Notes under the pieces: generated by a model
What the model was told of the DNA's origin: nothing
What the model saw: the letters and a program-made list of their open reading frames with translations, nothing else
The model's database searches: none
NCBI GenBank assembly: GCA_016180645.1
Contig: JACPAV010000002.1
Location: 1 to 64,000 of the forward strand
Origin: Nitrospirota bacterium
GTDB taxonomy: Bacteria > JACPQY01
Direction of reading: 5' to 3'
DNA: 64,000 bases
Shown: one piece after another, positions 17,201-27,284 of the stretch
How the letters are laid out: each line of letters begins with the position of its first letter
Numbering within the stretch: position 1 is the first letter of the stretch
Program-made: the position numbers and the translations under genes

Positions 17201-19580
17201 TTCCGACCGGTCCTACGAGGCCCGGCTCCTGTACAACCTGGGTCAACTCCGGCGGGAGGCCGGCGATTTTGAGGCCGCGGAAGACGTGCTGGCGGATGCC
17301 ACGCGGCTGACCCAGGAGCTCCACATGGCCCACATCCAGGCCAAAATCCGGCTGGAGAGATCGGATTGTTTCCGCGCCCGCGGCCTGTTCGCTCGGGCCG
17401 CCGAGGAATGCGCGTCGGCCGAAACGATCTTCCGGGATCTCAATATCCCGGCGGAAATTCTGGCCGCGCGACTCAAGCGCATCGAGATCACGATCGATGC
17501 CGGGGAACCGGGCGCGGAATCCGCCGCGTCAACCGAGTTGGCTGAATGCGAGAAGGACCCTCTCCTGCACGAGTCGCCGATCCTCGACATCAAGGCGCTC
17601 TACGTCAAGGGACGCCTGGTTTCCAAAAGAAGCCCCGCCCAGGCCCGCAAACTTCTCGAACAAGCCATGACCAAGTTGGAGGCCATGCCCGGACCGGACC
17701 CAGAGCTCAAGCAGCGGATCAGCGATGCGTTCCGCCACGCCACGCCGGGATCGGAATCTCCCGCGGAGGAACATCGGCCGATCGAACCCATGAAGGAGGA
17801 ACGCGAAATGCCCGAGAGGACACAAACACTGCCGGTCGCATCCGCTCCGCCCCCACGCGACTACCCGGCGACCGTCGTTGCAGCCACCCCTGCCGCATCC
17901 GATCTCCCGCGCCCGGCCGCCCCGCTCCGGCGGCGAAGCGATATCGAAAGCTTGTCGCTGCTGGAGGTCGTGCGGAAGATCAATTCGCCGCTGGATGTGC
18001 AAGACGTCCTCGTTGAGATCGTCGATTCCCTCGTCGGCTTCATGGATGCGGAACGGGGATTTCTGCTCCTCGTGGAGGAAGACAAGCTTGCTGTGCGGGT
18101 CGCCCGGTCGAAGGAGAAGAAAGACGTTCGCGATCCGGCCGAAAGTTTCAGCCTCAGCATCGCGCAGGAATCTTTGGATCAGGCCAAGCCCATTATCACC
18201 CTCGATGCGGCCAAAGACCCACGCTTCAAGGAAGCCGCCAGCGTCGGTCAGCTCCAGCTCAAGTCGGCGGTCTCGGTGCCCCTCTTCATGAAAGGCGAGG
18301 CGCTTGGAGCGATTTATCTCGACACTCGGCTCAAGACCGGCCGGTTCACGGAGCAGGACGTGCCGATGCTCTCCGCCCTTGCGGAGCTGGCCGCCCTGGC
18401 GATCTTCCGCGCCCAGCTCATTGCTCAGAACGTGCGCGACCAGCGCGAACTCCGCCGAAGTTTGAAAGAGACCAAGGAGACGAAGCAAAAAGTCGATCAG
18501 TTGAATACTGAGTTGGAGAATTCGAACAGGAAGCTTCAGGAGACGGTCCAGCACCAGGAGGAGGAACTGACCAGCGCCCAACGCCGTCTCCAGGACCTCG
18601 TTCACGATGAACAGCCAAAATACAAGTACGAGCGCATCGTGGGGAACAGTCCGGGCATGCGGCAGGTTCTGCTTCAGCTCGACCGGGCCGTGGAGATGCG
18701 CGTTCCCGTGCTCCTCGTCGGAAAGAGCGGCACAGGGAAGGAACTCATGGCCCGCGCCATCCATTACAATTCGCCGTCGAAGGACCAGCCTTTCGTGGCG
18801 GTCAATTGCACGGCGATTCCGCAGGAGCTTGTGGAATCCGAACTCTTCGGCCACGTCCGGGGCGCCTTTACGGGAGCCGACCGCGACAAGCCGGGGTTGT
18901 TCGAAACGGCTGAGGGCGGCGCCCTGTTTCTGGATGAGATCGGCGATGTCCCTCTCGCGATTCAGGCAAAACTCTTGCGTGTGCTCCAAGAAAGCACAGT
19001 CAGACGGGTCGGTGGCAACACCGAGAAGAAGGTGGATGTGCGCGTCATCGCCGCCACGAATGTCGACCTCAAAGATCTGGTCGCTCAGAAGAAGTTCCGC
19101 GAGGATTTGTACTACCGACTCCGAGTGTTCCGCATCAGCATCCCTCCGCTGCGCGAAAGGCGGGAGGACATTCAGGGCCTCACCGAATATTTCTTGAAGG
19201 AAATCGCCCGCCAGTACCGCGTGCCGGCCAAAACGCTGTCGAAAGCGGCGCTGCGCTTGCTGGTCGGTTACGACTGGCCGGGGAATGTTCGAGAATTGGA
19301 GAACACACTGCGAAGCGCCTTCGTCCTGAGCAAGAACAGGGAGATACAGGTCGAGGATCTTCGCCAGATGGAGGAGCTTTTCGGCGAGGGAGGCCCGGCG
19401 CCCGTTCGGGAAGGGCTCGGCCTTCGCGAAGCCCTCCTCGAATTTCAGAAGAACAGGATTGAGAATGCGCTTCGGCGACACGATGGAAGCGTCACCGAGG
19501 CCGCCAAGGAACTCCAGGTCGACCGCTCCCAGCTCTCCCACTGGATCCGCAAGTTCAAACTGGCTGACAAAAGCAACTAG
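14226..19580 (+). CDS. Ser/Thr kinase - P-loop ATPase - TPR - GAF - sigma-54 activator (AAA+) - Fis HTH fusion
   Basis: Kinase [34 protein letters not shown]-loop GRAQSGKS with [11 protein letters not shown]-like helices; GAF (AERGFLLL...SAVSVPLF...GAIYLD); [51 protein letters not shown]-terminal HTH. Confidence 0.93.
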   Translation: MNSDILLRVPDKILGRLEILQTLGEGQFGRVHRAFDHVLNKEVAVKEFFRMDLEKADTSFQTEMKVLAHLHHPALLKVYDLLVDDTTGSHFLTEELIAGRDASKVLKEADWEIRWQLFAQLLQGLEYLHQRGIIHLDIKPPNVLVSAPAHEGGIPQARILDFGVADEIGKFDKKGLIAGTFPYMAPEVVRGDHIDGRADLYSLGMMFFEVFKRPSPLPDGPAGEWPGGGEAGGTVAADASDIAPSTEALIQETLNRTAPLRTDFQDDVPESFREVLITLLDPNPRRRFWSANDVIRRLNARVGRRFLLEPGRLRIPDKATAVLSGRAEEFKEVVGWMEQFQKTDATLFLGVIEGRAQSGKSAVLEEVRRWAELADRFVVSLRGPSEGPAELFMRLMHDSDVKDLEPLAPFLKALLPARFGSAEDPPELETRPELLKARVLEKHAEALALLLKKRPVILLVDDVDQKKDLAELLTFLGRVLHEAATASAPPGKMKTFLLMTASASEGLMVDPKPSHTLTLKNWSKPTALAVLNTLLAVEHVPEKLLQKLMEKTEGMPGLLVEYVRLLVNEVLKPGEDIEGQLDALDWRNLDASLDLAAWYQGDVERLDNQERSILRWLSLTSLELAAEDLELLDPPLVGQAAAAIRKLQDLGWVRQGPSGYQLSSELRREASYREIPPADEFRMRLLLGEKWEDLSLSRFDRQGESEGVGLERAHQFFLGGDSARAFALAKPEIQLMLKLNRPEPVVQFLSSHDIPAQALPEEPRRQYRKFLAQAFLQTANFPGATEGYGELLSESQEPRERAELAVALARAHRYGGQLKEAAETIRQARAQMDETSPFVPNLDSLLADILVEHARYDEAAGIAQPYLTGGRPCHVEEALAFRHAVAKVHFYHGRIEEAIELSKLNVTESQRSGRPSRHALALNMLGAAYLKQGNIAEATPLFHSCSAISAEIGDLRTMALACVNLGMCYHETGDLEASIKYHEKAAAMFRRISDRSYEARLLYNLGQLRREAGDFEAAEDVLADATRLTQELHMAHIQAKIRLERSDCFRARGLFARAAEECASAETIFRDLNIPAEILAARLKRIEITIDAGEPGAESAASTELAECEKDPLLHESPILDIKALYVKGRLVSKRSPAQARKLLEQAMTKLEAMPGPDPELKQRISDAFRHATPGSESPAEEHRPIEPMKEEREMPERTQTLPVASAPPPRDYPATVVAATPAASDLPRPAAPLRRRSDIESLSLLEVVRKINSPLDVQDVLVEIVDSLVGFMDAERGFLLLVEEDKLAVRVARSKEKKDVRDPAESFSLSIAQESLDQAKPIITLDAAKDPRFKEAASVGQLQLKSAVSVPLFMKGEALGAIYLDTRLKTGRFTEQDVPMLSALAELAALAIFRAQLIAQNVRDQRELRRSLKETKETKQKVDQLNTELENSNRKLQETVQHQEEELTSAQRRLQDLVHDEQPKYKYERIVGNSPGMRQVLLQLDRAVEMRVPVLLVGKSGTGKELMARAIHYNSPSKDQPFVAVNCTAIPQELVESELFGHVRGAFTGADRDKPGLFETAEGGALFLDEIGDVPLAIQAKLLRVLQESTVRRVGGNTEKKVDVRVIAATNVDLKDLVAQKKFREDLYYRLRVFRISIPPLRERREDIQGLTEYFLKEIARQYRVPAKTLSKAALRLLVGYDWPGNVRELENTLRSAFVLSKNREIQVEDLRQMEELFGEGGPAPVREGLGLREALLEFQKNRIENALRRHDGSVTEAAKELQVDRSQLSHWIRKFKLADKSN

Positions 19581-19600
19581 GGTGACAGCCTGCTCAACTT
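19581..19600 (+). repeat. Degenerate left arm of the GGTGACAGTATACTCTATT inverted-repeat element
   Basis: ggtgacagcctgctcaactt is 15/20 identical to ggtgacagtatactctattt at 32317-32336. Confidence 0.5.
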
Positions 19601-19623
19601 GAAGCAAGCAGCGTGTTCCGATG

Positions 19624-20778
19624 TCAGAGCATCTGGGCCGTGGATTGGGCCCGATCCGATCTCCGCCCATTGCCGCTGAAGCGGTCTTTCAGTTTCAAGA
19701 AAGGTTTCTCCCAAACGTGGTAGGAGGCCGCTGCGGTGAGGAAGGCCAACCCCAGGTTTACGGGGAACCTCCGCCACCCTTCGGTTCCGAGAAACCACTG
19801 TTTGTCGTAGAGAAAAATCTGCTGCCAGATGTAGAGACTGTATGAAAGGACGCCAATGTAAACCATCACCCTGTGGTTCAGAAAACGATAGGTCAAGTCG
19901 TCTCTGACGGACACGACGCTCAGCATGAGATAGGCTGCACTCAGAGCGATCAGAGTGCCGCCGAAAGGCAACACGATAATGCCCAGCTTTCCGTTGTAGG
20001 ACAGCGTTGAGACTCCCCACATCAGGCACACCGCCGTGATTCGGAGCGCCGGGTGCTTGAACAGAGCATGGTGGAGCCACTCTGGGTTGCGGTGCAATTT
20101 GACGGCGAACACGGCGCCGATCATCAGCGCATCGGCCTGGCCCAAGAAACCGCCCAGAAGGTACACGTTGAGAGATGGGATCTTGTACGTCAGTACGCGT
20201 GAGAGGGGAGCCCAAAGAATAAGAAGGGCGCTGATTCGCATAATGGCTTTTTCCGAACCTCCCAAGACCCAGGGCCAAAAGAGGTAGAATTGCTCCTCCA
20301 CGCCCAGCGACCAGAGATGACCCACCAGCCATGTGCCACCGACGAAGTTCACCGTATAGGTCAGCGCGTGTATGAATAGTGTTCCCGGGATGGGGGTGCC
20401 GATGTGGGTATTGAGCAAGAAGATGACGGCAACATAAAGGTAATGGACGGGAAAAATGCGGAGGAAGCGGCGCACGTAAAACCTGGGGATGCTGGCCCGA
20501 CCCCTTCCCCCCGATTTCTCCCTGAGAAGCAGGGTTGTGATCAGAAACCCACTGATGACAAAGAAGATCATCACGCCCAGGTTGCCCCCCGAAACAAAGC
20601 GAAGAATGCGGCCGGCCCACTCCGGGGTGCCGTTGGCATGGGCCAGATGCAAGGCGATAACGAGGAGGATGGATACGGCACGCAGGCCGTTCAAGGAAGG
20701 GATGGTGTTCACTGATGTTTTCGATTCAGCTCCCGTTTGTTCCCCGCACATTGCTCCGATGGATGGGCTTGGAACCAC
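19624..20778 (-). CDS. Acyltransferase family 3 (OafA/YrhL-like membrane O-acyltransferase); start uncertain
   Basis: IPSLNGLRAVSILLVIALH, GVMIFFVISGFLIT, FYVRRFLRIFP, HLWSLGVEEQFYLFWP, GVLSYSLYIWQ, SYHVWEKP. Confidence 0.93.
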   Translation of the reverse strand: MVPSPSIGAMCGEQTGAESKTSVNTIPSLNGLRAVSILLVIALHLAHANGTPEWAGRILRFVSGGNLGVMIFFVISGFLITTLLLREKSGGRGRASIPRFYVRRFLRIFPVHYLYVAVIFLLNTHIGTPIPGTLFIHALTYTVNFVGGTWLVGHLWSLGVEEQFYLFWPWVLGGSEKAIMRISALLILWAPLSRVLTYKIPSLNVYLLGGFLGQADALMIGAVFAVKLHRNPEWLHHALFKHPALRITAVCLMWGVSTLSYNGKLGIIVLPFGGTLIALSAAYLMLSVVSVRDDLTYRFLNHRVMVYIGVLSYSLYIWQQIFLYDKQWFLGTEGWRRFPVNLGLAFLTAAASYHVWEKPFLKLKDRFSGNGRRSDRAQSTAQML

Positions 20779-20801
20779 AGTGACCGCAGGCTCGACGGGG
20801 T

Positions 20802-20824
20802 GTAATAGAGTATACTGTCACCGA
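20802..20824 (+). repeat. Right arm of the GGTGACAGTATACTCTATT inverted-repeat element
   Basis: gtaatagagtatactgtcaccga, 23/23 identical to 32341-32363. Confidence 0.85.
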
Positions 20825-21715
20825 TTATGAAATGACGGTGCGATTGCGGCCGGAGTTCTTGGCCTGGTAGAGGGCGCCGTCCGCCTTCTTGATGAACTCC
20901 TCGGAGGGAAGCAGGGTTTCCGCATCGATGACGTATCCGCCCACGCTCATGGTCACGGGAATCCGGTGCGGCTCGAAGATGAAGAGATGGTTCATCACGC
21001 TTTCGCGGATTTTTTCCGCCATGGACCAGGCATGCTGGGAGTCCAACCGGGCCGCCAGCACACTGAACTCCTCTCCCCCGTACCGCGCAAAGAGGTCCTC
21101 TTTGCGCACGCACGAGCGGGCGACGGACGCCACGCCCTGAAGGACTTGATCCCCTGCCACGTGGCCGAATTGATCGTTGACCTTCTTGAAATGATCCACG
21201 TCCATCATGAGCAGTGCCAGCGGTTGTTTGGTCCGTTTCGTTTCGCTGAGCTTCACTTCCAATTGGTCGAGAAAAAACCGCTTGTTGAAGACGTCCGTGA
21301 GGCCATCGCGCGTGGCCATCCGGTACATTTCGTCCACGCAGGAGGCCTCCACGTCGTCGGCGAGAAAGAACTTCACGGCGGTGGCGCCGATGTGGATCCG
21401 GTCCCCATCCTTCAGGGCCATCTCGTCCACCCTCGCCCCGTTCACATACGTTCCGTTCGTGCTCCCCACGTCCCGCACGCGGACTCCGCCCGTTTCCATG
21501 ATGATCTCCGCGTGGTGGCGTGACACACTATCATCCGTCGGAAACCGGATCTCCATGTCCGTGCCGCGGCCCAGTCTTGTTCGGCCGGCGGCGATGTCCA
21601 GCCGCGTCCCTCGAAGCTCGCCGGTGAGAACGAACAAGCACGCCTTCTTCGCCTCACCGGCGCCCGCGGGCGACGTGGCGCGCCGGGTGGTTCGTTGCGT
21701 CGTTCGCTCGGTCAT
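20825..21715 (-). CDS. FHA-domain diguanylate cyclase
   Basis: FHA (LGRG...SVSRHHA...STNGTYVNG); DGLTDVFNKR, DVDHFKKVNDQFGHVAGD, ARYGGEEF, ADGALYQAK. Confidence 0.93.
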   Translation of the reverse strand: MTERTTQRTTRRATSPAGAGEAKKACLFVLTGELRGTRLDIAAGRTRLGRGTDMEIRFPTDDSVSRHHAEIIMETGGVRVRDVGSTNGTYVNGARVDEMALKDGDRIHIGATAVKFFLADDVEASCVDEMYRMATRDGLTDVFNKRFFLDQLEVKLSETKRTKQPLALLMMDVDHFKKVNDQFGHVAGDQVLQGVASVARSCVRKEDLFARYGGEEFSVLAARLDSQHAWSMAEKIRESVMNHLFIFEPHRIPVTMSVGGYVIDAETLLPSEEFIKKADGALYQAKNSGRNRTVIS

Positions 21716-21771
21716 GAATCGAGAGCTACGTTACCGCCGCCCCCGGCCGACTTCAAGTAGGCGCCTGGAGC

Positions 21772-22266
21772 TTATAGGGTGACTTCGAGAAGCGATGAGA
21801 TCGCGGAGGACTTCCCCGCGATGATCCAGTATCTCCCCGGCAAATCCGGAGCTGTGAGCGTGTACGTTTCCTTGAAACTGCCGATCACCTGGATACAGAT
21901 TTCACCCTTGTCGATCATCACGGGGTTCAGGAAGATGGAGCATCCGTCACGTTTCTCCTCCATGCGCGAGAGCTTGTAGCAAGGAGTGGGAAGGCTTCCC
22001 TCGATCGTGACGTACACCGGCTGGCCCGGTCCGGCCGAGGCCGGCTGGAGCGAAATGGCCGACGGGGTCGCAGCCGATTCGGCAAGGCCGGGTACCGTGG
22101 TTGGGAGGGCCGGGTCTGCACAAGCAGATGGGGTCGGGGGGGGTGGTGGTGCGGCCCCGGACTCCTTGTCCGAATCGCTGCACGAAGGCGAGGCCAGGAA
22201 AAAGAAGGCGAGAAGCAGTCCCGCTCCTCTTCGCGGATGTCTGGCAATCGAGAGATTGAGTTTCAT
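21772..22266 (-). CDS. Hypothetical lipoprotein (Pro-rich linker, small Cys-containing beta domain)
   Basis: Hydrophobic signal ending SPSC; G.LPTPCY...CIQVIGSF; start overlaps the dipeptidase stop. Confidence 0.65.
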   Translation of the reverse strand: MKLNLSIARHPRRGAGLLLAFFFLASPSCSDSDKESGAAPPPPPTPSACADPALPTTVPGLAESAATPSAISLQPASAGPGQPVYVTIEGSLPTPCYKLSRMEEKRDGCSIFLNPVMIDKGEICIQVIGSFKETYTLTAPDLPGRYWIIAGKSSAISSLLEVTL

Positions 22267-23270
22267 GTCGCTCCCGGCCAGTGGCGTTCCAGGTAGCCCA
22301 TCGCGTTGTCGAAGAGAATCTTCCTTGCGACCGACTCGCCGTAGCGCTTCACAAGAGCGTCGTGGAGCCGCGGCATGCCGGAGATGTCGCCAATTTCACG
22401 AAGGGTCATCGTCCCGCTCATGTCACTGCCAATGCTCACCGTATTCTCACCGCCCAGGGACAGCCAGTGGTCGATGTGTCCGGTCACATCCTCCATCCGG
22501 CCCCACACGGCGGTCCGGCGAAGATAGTGGGGGTAAAGTATGATTCCCATCAGACCCCCCTTCTTGATCATCTCGCGACTCTGCTCGTCCGACAGATTCC
22601 GTGAGTGGCCGCAGACCGTGCGGCAGGCCCCATGGGAAAAGATGGGAGGTTTTCTCGCCTGCTCAAGCATGTCCCAAAATCCCGTCTCGGAGGCGTGGGC
22701 GACATCGACGATCATCCCCTGATCCTCCAATGTTCTCAGGAGTTCCCGACCGAACGGGCGAAGGCCGCGATTCGAGGAGAAGGCACCGGTGAGAAACGTG
22801 TCCCCCACGGGCGTATTGATGAAATGAACCATGGTGACGTAGAAGATGCCCTTTGACTTGAAATAGGCGACGTTCTCCAGATCGTTCCCAATGTGGTGGC
22901 CGCCTTCAAGGGCCAGGATTGCCGCGGTGCGTCCCGATTGAATGATCGGCTGGATTTCCGATGGAGTCTTCGCGTGAGCGAGGACATCCGAGTGAGCGGA
23001 CACCCAGGTTTCGAAGACCCTGATTTGCGCCTTGGCATTCTCGAAGCAGTTCGAACGGGGCAATCGATTGAAGGCGTACACACAGAAGGTGATGAGCTTC
23101 ACCCCGCTCGCCTTGATTCCCGGGATGTCGATGTGCGTGCCGATGGGGCCCCAGGGGAGAAACAAGGGATGCGGCTGCGGCGTCGCCAATTTCTTCCGGT
23201 AGTAGTACATCGGGATCAGCGCGTGCGTGTGCAGATCGGCCATCGGGAGGAGATCCATGGTGTGGTCCAA
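22263..23270 (-). CDS. Membrane dipeptidase family (peptidase M19)
   Basis: DLHTH, LALEGG, IVDVAH, FSHG...RNLSDEQ, IGSD. Confidence 0.88.
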   Translation of the reverse strand: MDHTMDLLPMADLHTHALIPMYYYRKKLATPQPHPLFLPWGPIGTHIDIPGIKASGVKLITFCVYAFNRLPRSNCFENAKAQIRVFETWVSAHSDVLAHAKTPSEIQPIIQSGRTAAILALEGGHHIGNDLENVAYFKSKGIFYVTMVHFINTPVGDTFLTGAFSSNRGLRPFGRELLRTLEDQGMIVDVAHASETGFWDMLEQARKPPIFSHGACRTVCGHSRNLSDEQSREMIKKGGLMGIILYPHYLRRTAVWGRMEDVTGHIDHWLSLGGENTVSIGSDMSGTMTLREIGDISGMPRLHDALVKRYGESVARKILFDNAMGYLERHWPGAT

Positions 23271-23307
23271 TACTAGTCAGTCTCGTCAGAATCTCAACCC
23301 GCTGCCC

Positions 23308-24228
23308 CTACCGGTGCGCGTCAAAGTCGTCGAGCGAGCCGCTGTCTTTCTTCTCAGGAGGTTTCTTGCCATCGCCTTCTTCCTCCAGCCCTGCTTCCAA
23401 GCGGATTCCCACGCTGACCGTGAGGCCCTGATGAACATAGACATCATCAAACGGGACCATCGCGGCGGCCACGACACCCAGCCACGGCGCCGGGCGGGCC
23501 TCCACTCCCGCAAGGGCCAACGGGAGCGATTGTTCCCTCAGCTTGGGCGCATAGCACTCGCCGGCAGTGTCAACGCAGTTCGGCTCGAACCCAAGATTTC
23601 GGACCACGCCCCGCACTCCGGCCCCTCCAAAGGGGAGGAACTTTCCGAGATGCCCGTGGAGGATGAACTCGATGTGGCCCAAGATTTCGGTATCCACACC
23701 ATTGCCCACCAAGCTCCACTCCGAAGTCTTCAACTCGTAGACGGAATAGGGGATCGCCTGCCAATCGAAGCCCACCCCCACCGATCCCCCAACGCTTTTC
23801 ATCTCTTTCCTCAGGTGCAGGAAGGGGCCGAATCCGTGCGGCTTGTCGCGACTTGCCACCGCGGGAACATCGTCATAGTTACGAACCGCGCCGGCACGGC
23901 TTCCGAATATGTAGCTCACGCCGATCGACAGCCACTCGAGCGGCATGGCGTAAGGAGAAACCTCGCCCATGCGCGCGGCCACGCGCACCCCGGCATCACC
24001 CGGGCGCCCCACGCCCGCCGTCTGCAAGTCGGCCAGGCCGGGGGAGGCCGCCGCCCGAACTCCGACGGCCCTCTTGTGCCCGGCGTGCCCCGAATCCAGT
24101 GGGAGCACGGCCGGTGGGACCAAAGCGACTCGACGGATGTTCCGTACCGTTGGTTCACACGAAGCGGAGAAGATCAGCGCAGGAAGCACACCCCCGGAGA
24201 TCAGAGCCCTCCAACCCATCCTTTTCAT
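23308..24228 (-). CDS. Hypothetical lipoprotein with alternating beta-strand pattern (possible outer-membrane protein)
   Basis: Signal ending SASC; amphipathic strands such as LALAGVEARPAPWLGVVA and LTVSVGIRL; same strand and adjacent to 24243-25508. Confidence 0.55.
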   Translation of the reverse strand: MKRMGWRALISGGVLPALIFSASCEPTVRNIRRVALVPPAVLPLDSGHAGHKRAVGVRAAASPGLADLQTAGVGRPGDAGVRVAARMGEVSPYAMPLEWLSIGVSYIFGSRAGAVRNYDDVPAVASRDKPHGFGPFLHLRKEMKSVGGSVGVGFDWQAIPYSVYELKTSEWSLVGNGVDTEILGHIEFILHGHLGKFLPFGGAGVRGVVRNLGFEPNCVDTAGECYAPKLREQSLPLALAGVEARPAPWLGVVAAAMVPFDDVYVHQGLTVSVGIRLEAGLEEEGDGKKPPEKKDSGSLDDFDAHR

Positions 24229-24242
24229 CGTACGCCTCTCTG

Positions 24243-25508
24243 TCAAAACCTCAATCCCATCCCGGCCAGAAGGGTGCTGAACGAACCCTTGTCTTCGGAC
24301 GCGATGGAGCCGCTGCCCTCCACCTTGAAATCGAAGCTGATGAACTCAAAGAGCGGCGTTGCCGCATACACAAAAAGGTTCTTGATGGGAAATGCACGCA
24401 GGCCCACCATCGCTTGAAAATCGAGGATCGTGCTTTTCGTCCTGACCCCTTCGAATTCGGAGGACATCAGGATGCCGTCGAGTCCCACTTCCAAAATCGG
24501 GGCCACCACGTCCGCGATGGAGATCATCATCCCGCCGCCTGCGCGGAAGAGCTGAGGCTTCACGTCTTTGTCCGAAAAATCATACCCGTAGCCCAGGCCA
24601 TAGAAGAAGCCGCCCTTGGGCCCTCCTGCCGCAACGGTCGTCTTCCCGACAAACCCGCCGAAAACCCCTTTTTTCTCCATGAAGAAAGCCGGCGACCCAC
24701 CCCGAAGAACCTTGAAATGCGAGAGCGAAAGAGAACCCATCGCGTCTTTCTCACCCAGCTTGTAGACGAAACCTCCCCGGAAGGCGTGGTCCGGCGTTCG
24801 GCGGCTTCTCCCCTCTCCCCATCCCGTGAGGCCGGCATCGAATCCGAAGGCAAAGGTCCCGCCGCCTGCGAAGCCGTTGGGGTCGGTGCCTTCTTCGAGC
24901 AATCCCTGACGCTCGATCCCGCCCTGTTGCAGCGGCGTCCAGAAGAAAACATCCGCCGGACCGAACCCCACGGCCAGCCGCAGGCCGCTGGTCCAATCAC
25001 CCTTCGGGTCCTGCACGTCACCCTCCGTGATGATTTCCGGCAAGACGGGATTCAGAACCCGACTGTAGTCCACCGCCAACTCGAAGCCCTTTCTGGGCAA
25101 GACGATGGGTAGGGCCCGATCCCACAGCGAGACCCGCCGCCTTTTGGAAGTCGTGGAGGCGCCCGCACCTGATCCGGTGGTGCCGACGACCACAAGGATG
25201 TAGGCGGAATGGGCTTCATCCAGTGTGGCGGGATCCTCGGTCAGTTTCAGTGCTCGCGCGAGCGCCACACATTCGGCCCCCGCGGGATCCTTGCAGAAAA
25301 GTTTGTCTCCCGCAATGGGCTTCTTCGGCGTGCCCACGCGGTATTTCTTCAACCCATTTTCCTTCAGAATCCTGGCGATCCAAGGAAGGCGGTCTCCGCC
25401 GGATCCATCGAGAACAAGCACGTCGGGAGGCTCCTCGCTCTCCGCTCTGAGGCCCGATGGGTCCAGGCTCATCACCCCCGCAAGGAGAATCGCTACCGTT
25501 CGGCGCAC
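24243..25508 (-). CDS. Secreted protein: LytR_C-like N-terminal domain plus probable beta-barrel
   Basis: Signal peptide; DVLVLDGSG...IARILKENG...LARAL...ILVVVG resembles LytR_C; C-terminal strands end in GMGLRF. Confidence 0.55.
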   Translation of the reverse strand: MRRTVAILLAGVMSLDPSGLRAESEEPPDVLVLDGSGGDRLPWIARILKENGLKKYRVGTPKKPIAGDKLFCKDPAGAECVALARALKLTEDPATLDEAHSAYILVVVGTTGSGAGASTTSKRRRVSLWDRALPIVLPRKGFELAVDYSRVLNPVLPEIITEGDVQDPKGDWTSGLRLAVGFGPADVFFWTPLQQGGIERQGLLEEGTDPNGFAGGGTFAFGFDAGLTGWGEGRSRRTPDHAFRGGFVYKLGEKDAMGSLSLSHFKVLRGGSPAFFMEKKGVFGGFVGKTTVAAGGPKGGFFYGLGYGYDFSDKDVKPQLFRAGGGMMISIADVVAPILEVGLDGILMSSEFEGVRTKSTILDFQAMVGLRAFPIKNLFVYAATPLFEFISFDFKVEGSGSIASEDKGSFSTLLAGMGLRF

Positions 25509-25549
25509 GATGCAGTATGATACGCCGCGGACGGGAAAACAGACAGCGC

Positions 25550-26956
25550 ATGCGAAAATCCAAAGTCCTCCTCTCATTCATCCTGATCCTGTGTCTCGCT
25601 TCGTGCGCGAAGCGGGCGACCCTCGTCCGCTATTCCGATTCGGAAGGCGGACTGACCGTTGTTCGGAATGTCCGGGTCTTCCCCGCCACCGGCGCCGATG
25701 CCCTGCCCGGACACGATGTGTGGGTGGTCAACGGCGTCATCGAAGTCGTCCTGCCCACCGGACGCACTCCGCCGCCCGTGGGAGCACAAATCGTGGACGG
25801 GACGGGCAAGACTCTGCTGCCGGGGCTGATCGACGTGCACGTTCATGTCGAGGGAAGCCCTCGGCCCGCATGGGATATGGGCCTCCCGAATCCTCGGACG
25901 AACGTTCGGCAACTCCTATACGCCGGCGTTACCACCGCCTTCGATTTGGGCGGTCCGCTCAAACTCCTTGGAAAACTTCGTGCCGATATCGAAAAGGGAA
26001 GTCTGCCGGGTCCGGACCTGTATTACTCGGGTCCCCACGTTGCCATCAAGAACGGCCATCCGGCGGCGATGGTCTCGATGATCGTGCCCGGCCCGTTCGA
26101 CCGCATGGTCCGTCCACACGTCTCCTTCGAAGTCGAATCGGAGAAGGACATTGATGCGGCGCTGGCGGAAATTCGAAAGCTGGGTGGATATTTGGTGAAG
26201 GTGACCGAGGATGAAATTCCACTGGGTGCGCCCATGCTCCCGCCGGCACTTCTCGCACATGCTGTTCGCCAGGCCCACGAGATGGGTTTCAAGGTCGCCG
26301 CGCACATCGGCAGCAACGCCAACGCCCTTGCGGCCGTGGACGCCGGCGTGGACATGCTCGTCCACAATGTCTATCGTGAGGTTCTGATGCCGGACACGGC
26401 GGAGCGGATTCGCCAGGCCGGCGTGGCGGTCGCTCCCACCATCGGAGTGTTCCATTCCATCGATCTTCTCGCGTACGAAGGACCGGACACATGGCCCCTG
26501 ATGATTCAAATGGTCGAGCCGGAAGTTCTTGAGGCGCTCCGAAACCGGCCGAAGGAATGGGAACTGAAGGAGATCCGGCCATGGCTCGCGGCCGTGCACG
26601 CCAATCGCGAACAACGGTTCCGCAATGCCGCGATGCTGCGCGAACACGGCGTGACACTCCTGGTCGGGAGTGATTCGGCCAATATGGGGTGGCCGGCCGG
26701 CGCCGCGATTCATCGGGAGATGGATTACCTCGTGCGGGCGGGATACACGCCCTCGGAAGTGCTGACCGCCGCCACACGGAACAATGCGCGTGCGATGGGC
26801 CTCACGGATCGGGGCACAATTGAGCCGGGAAAACGCGCCGACCTTCTGCTGGTCGAGGGCGATCCCACTCAAGACATTGAAGCGGTCCACCGCATCGCCG
26901 CGGTGCTGGCGGCCGGTCGGGAAATCGCACGGGGTGTCCCTTCCCCCCGGCCATGA
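25550..26956 (+). CDS. Amidohydrolase-family metallohydrolase, lipoprotein
   Basis: Lipobox LASC; DGTGKTLLPGLIDVHVH, KVAAH, LVGSDS, GTIEPGKRADLLLV.GDP. Confidence 0.9.
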   Translation: MRKSKVLLSFILILCLASCAKRATLVRYSDSEGGLTVVRNVRVFPATGADALPGHDVWVVNGVIEVVLPTGRTPPPVGAQIVDGTGKTLLPGLIDVHVHVEGSPRPAWDMGLPNPRTNVRQLLYAGVTTAFDLGGPLKLLGKLRADIEKGSLPGPDLYYSGPHVAIKNGHPAAMVSMIVPGPFDRMVRPHVSFEVESEKDIDAALAEIRKLGGYLVKVTEDEIPLGAPMLPPALLAHAVRQAHEMGFKVAAHIGSNANALAAVDAGVDMLVHNVYREVLMPDTAERIRQAGVAVAPTIGVFHSIDLLAYEGPDTWPLMIQMVEPEVLEALRNRPKEWELKEIRPWLAAVHANREQRFRNAAMLREHGVTLLVGSDSANMGWPAGAAIHREMDYLVRAGYTPSEVLTAATRNNARAMGLTDRGTIEPGKRADLLLVEGDPTQDIEAVHRIAAVLAAGREIARGVPSPRP

Positions 26957-27198
26957 GCGTCACTCGCCTCTGGAAATGGCGGCAGATTCCGGCGCTGATA
27001 TTTTGGCTTGCGGTCTTCGCGTGGAGAATTCGGCGACGCGATTGGTTCCGACGGTTCCCGTTTCTCCCGATTCCTCCCGGAGGGTATCTTCGGTGGCGAA
27101 TGGAGCTGGCGTACGGGCCCTACCCTGTCGGGCGCGGCAACCGGCTGATCGACATTTTCAACTTCGCCTACGCTCTCCGCCAATTCGAGCGGATGTAG
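26953..27198 (+). CDS. Small hypothetical protein
   Basis: ATGA overlap with the amidohydrolase stop; W.R.PFLP.P...Y..WR...AYG pattern looks protein-like. Confidence 0.55.
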   Translation: MSVTRLWKWRQIPALIFWLAVFAWRIRRRDWFRRFPFLPIPPGGYLRWRMELAYGPYPVGRGNRLIDIFNFAYALRQFERM

Positions 27199-27284
27199 CC
27201 CCGGCCGGTCTCTTCGAAAAGAGTGTCAAGATAGCAATGTCTGACCCCTATGTCCTGTCTCTTTTCATGACCCCTGTGTCTCCC

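Noticed and set aside
17529-19670. 713-aa minus-strand ORF
   Set aside because: Antisense shadow of the GAF/sigma-54 activator region.
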